Part shown: positions 62,056-64,000 of the stretch, one piece after another
How positions within the stretch are numbered: position 1 is the first letter of the stretch
How the letters are laid out: each line of letters begins with the position of its first letter
NCBI GenBank assembly: GCA_977017645.1
Contig: OZ360221.1
Coordinates: 85,498,001 to 85,562,000, forward strand
From: Torpedo marmorata
Lineage: Eukaryota
Direction: 5' to 3'
Length of the DNA stretch: 64,000 bases
Program-made: the position numbers and the translations under genes
The notes under the pieces: generated by a model
Told to the model about the DNA's origin: nothing
Databases searched by the model: none
The model's input: the letters and a program-made list of their open reading frames with translations, nothing else

Positions 62056-63304
62056 GTATAGACACTTTCTAGAGTTCCAAAAAACAACTTGGTTTGAATT
62101 TTGGAGCTTACTGCATCAATTAGAACCAAATTTAAATTATGTGCACAGCAGTGCGTAAAGAGTGCATTTGGAGCAACTTCCCTAATCTTTGTTTGGAGAC
62201 CAGATATTTCACCCGACATGGTGCTTGCTCCATCGTAAGACTGACCGTAACACGTACTTATTGACAGCCCTAAGTTTTTGATTGCTGGAAGAAGAATGTT
62301 GAAAAAATCTTCAGCCCTTGCTCCAGGTAATTCGCTGAATTGTACAAATCTTTCCACTGCATCACCGTTTACTGTTACATATCGCAAGGATAAAGAAAAT
62401 TGATCAGTTCTGCCGAGTAGAGTCAACAATTATTGCAAAGTACTTAGCCACCTTGATTTCAGCTATTATCTTTGATAGAACCTGGGCTGATAAGGACTGT
62501 ATCAGATCATTTTGTATGTCAGGGCTGAGATATGTTGCATTTTGATCACTCAGTAATAAATGTTGCTCCAGTAATGTATCATTTTTGGCAAACTCCTTAA
62601 GTTCCAAAAAATTACCTTCATTTGTACTTGGGGAATATTGCGACTATTTTCCTTTATAATCGCTTGGACAACATGGAGATGCCATTGTTTTGACTCGTTA
62701 AATGAAAAGTCCATTCTAAATTAGCATTGAATTTTTCACTGTTTATTAGAACTTTAGGCGTTAAGAACTTTGATAAAACAATTAAACTATACTTAAAACA
62801 GACAATAAAACGTTAATATGTTAATACGTACAAAAGAACGGTCAAAGAATTATCTGGACCGTCTTCATGTCCCCTGGTTCTAAACAGTACAAAATCAAAA
62901 TTCAAAACTAAACAATCTCTCTAAGATGGTCGAAAACCCAGCTGTAACCTTGGCTCGAAGACTGTTACTATGGAGACACTCAAAGAATTTGTGAACAATA
63001 TTCACCGGCTGGTTTCTTGCAAAAAATGTTTGCAAGTCATTTTAACCCTTACAATACCAGCCCCTAATTATTATATCTACTAAATAATAATTACCATTAC
63101 AAAGAAAAAATCAAACATAGTAATACATCGGGTAAATATTCAAAACAAAGTGAAAGTCAATCATGAAAACTTTTTGCTTCTTGTAAAAGACAGATTTTGG
63201 TAATAGGTCTGTTCATAAAGCCATTATTAGTCTTAATCCGCTTGCAAGTTTGCCCCGGCCCTTTCCAGTGCTTGAACCCAATTCTTAATTTCCAAGGTAT
63301 TCAC

Positions 63305-64000
63305 TTTCTTTTTTTTATTTCTTTTTTTAAAATATTTTATTTAAAAATTTTAAATCACAAAATACATAAAATGAAATATAAAATTATCAAAATATTTGTG
63401 ATACATTTTCACCCCCCTCCCTCCCTCCCCAACCCTCCCAACCCCACTAATCTAATAAAAATAAAAATATAAAATAAAAATAGAAAAGGAAGTAGAAAAA
63501 AGAAAGAAAAAGATAGAGTAAGGAGAATGCCAATCTATAAACTAATTCTATTATGGAGGTTAAGCATGCCAGTAGATCTGATATCCAGAGATCTTCAAAT
63601 CCTTAAACCAACAACTTTCATATATGGGCTCCAAATTTTTAAGAAGAAATGATATTTGTTACGTAAATTATAAGTAATTTTTTCAAGTGGTATACACGAA
63701 CGAAGTTCTGCATGCCATCTTTCTAATCCTAAATCTAAATCAGATTTACAAGTAATAGCAATACATTTCTTTGAAACAGCTAAAGCAATTCGCAAAAATT
63801 CTATTTGATACATATTTAATTTCATCTTAATACTAAATTTTCTAATATCTCCAAACAAAAATATCATAGGATCCATTGGAAATGTAATCTTAAATACTTT
63901 ATCTAAAATTTTTTTAACTTTCAACCAAAAATCATAAACTTTTGGACAAAACCATGTAGAATGTACAAAAGACCCTTCCTCTTTATTACATCTAAAACAT
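63305..64000 (-). mobile_element. L1 family A 3' end (runs off the window)
   Basis: Nearly identical to 44731-45400; ORF2 C-terminus ...KIWSPYMKVVGLRI. Confidence 0.93.

Larger units (their letters stand above)
57541..62650 (-). mobile_element. hAT DNA transposon (DUF4371/ZMYM1-like transposase), degraded, with nested MITE, SINE3 and L1
   Basis: Terminus CAGGGGCGTAGCCAG. Transposase motifs YLSPDIQND, YFAIIVDST, GQSYDGASTMSG, HCCAHNLNL, DTRW and MGEDRLSGLAL. The other terminus was not found. Confidence 0.85.

Overview
Vertebrate genomic DNA, not prokaryotic. The repeat content (V-SINEs, Penelope-type termini, Rex1/Babar, fish-type L1) suggests a cartilaginous fish; this is inference. The only host gene I can support is the first coding exon of PARD3 (minus strand, 15725-15844) in a GC/CpG-rich island, so 1-15724 is presumably its intron 1. 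From ~22 kb to the end the window is an almost continuous nest of transposons. It holds a Gmr1-type Gypsy element (tRNA-Pro PBS, SCAN-like gag, PR-IN order) carrying a BEL/Pao element and an L1, two related solo-type LTRs, three L1 families (including L1-in-L1 and a twin-primed inverted L1), a young Gypsy with an open RT-RH-IN frame, a broken hAT transposase, MITEs and a 5S-derived SINE. The most striking observation is the BEL/Pao element (24495-30515, LTRs ~98% identical by eye). It has lost RT, RNase H and the integrase core, and instead carries an intronless ORF resembling the host gene MIPOL1, in frame with the protease C-terminal ORF; its Gag also starts with a SAP-like motif. Other notable items are a ~545-bp duplication flanking one L1, a fold-back inversion/deletion at a Gypsy 5' LTR, and degenerate hammerhead-ribozyme motifs in Penelope-type termini. 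All homology calls are from motif recognition and memory, with no database search.
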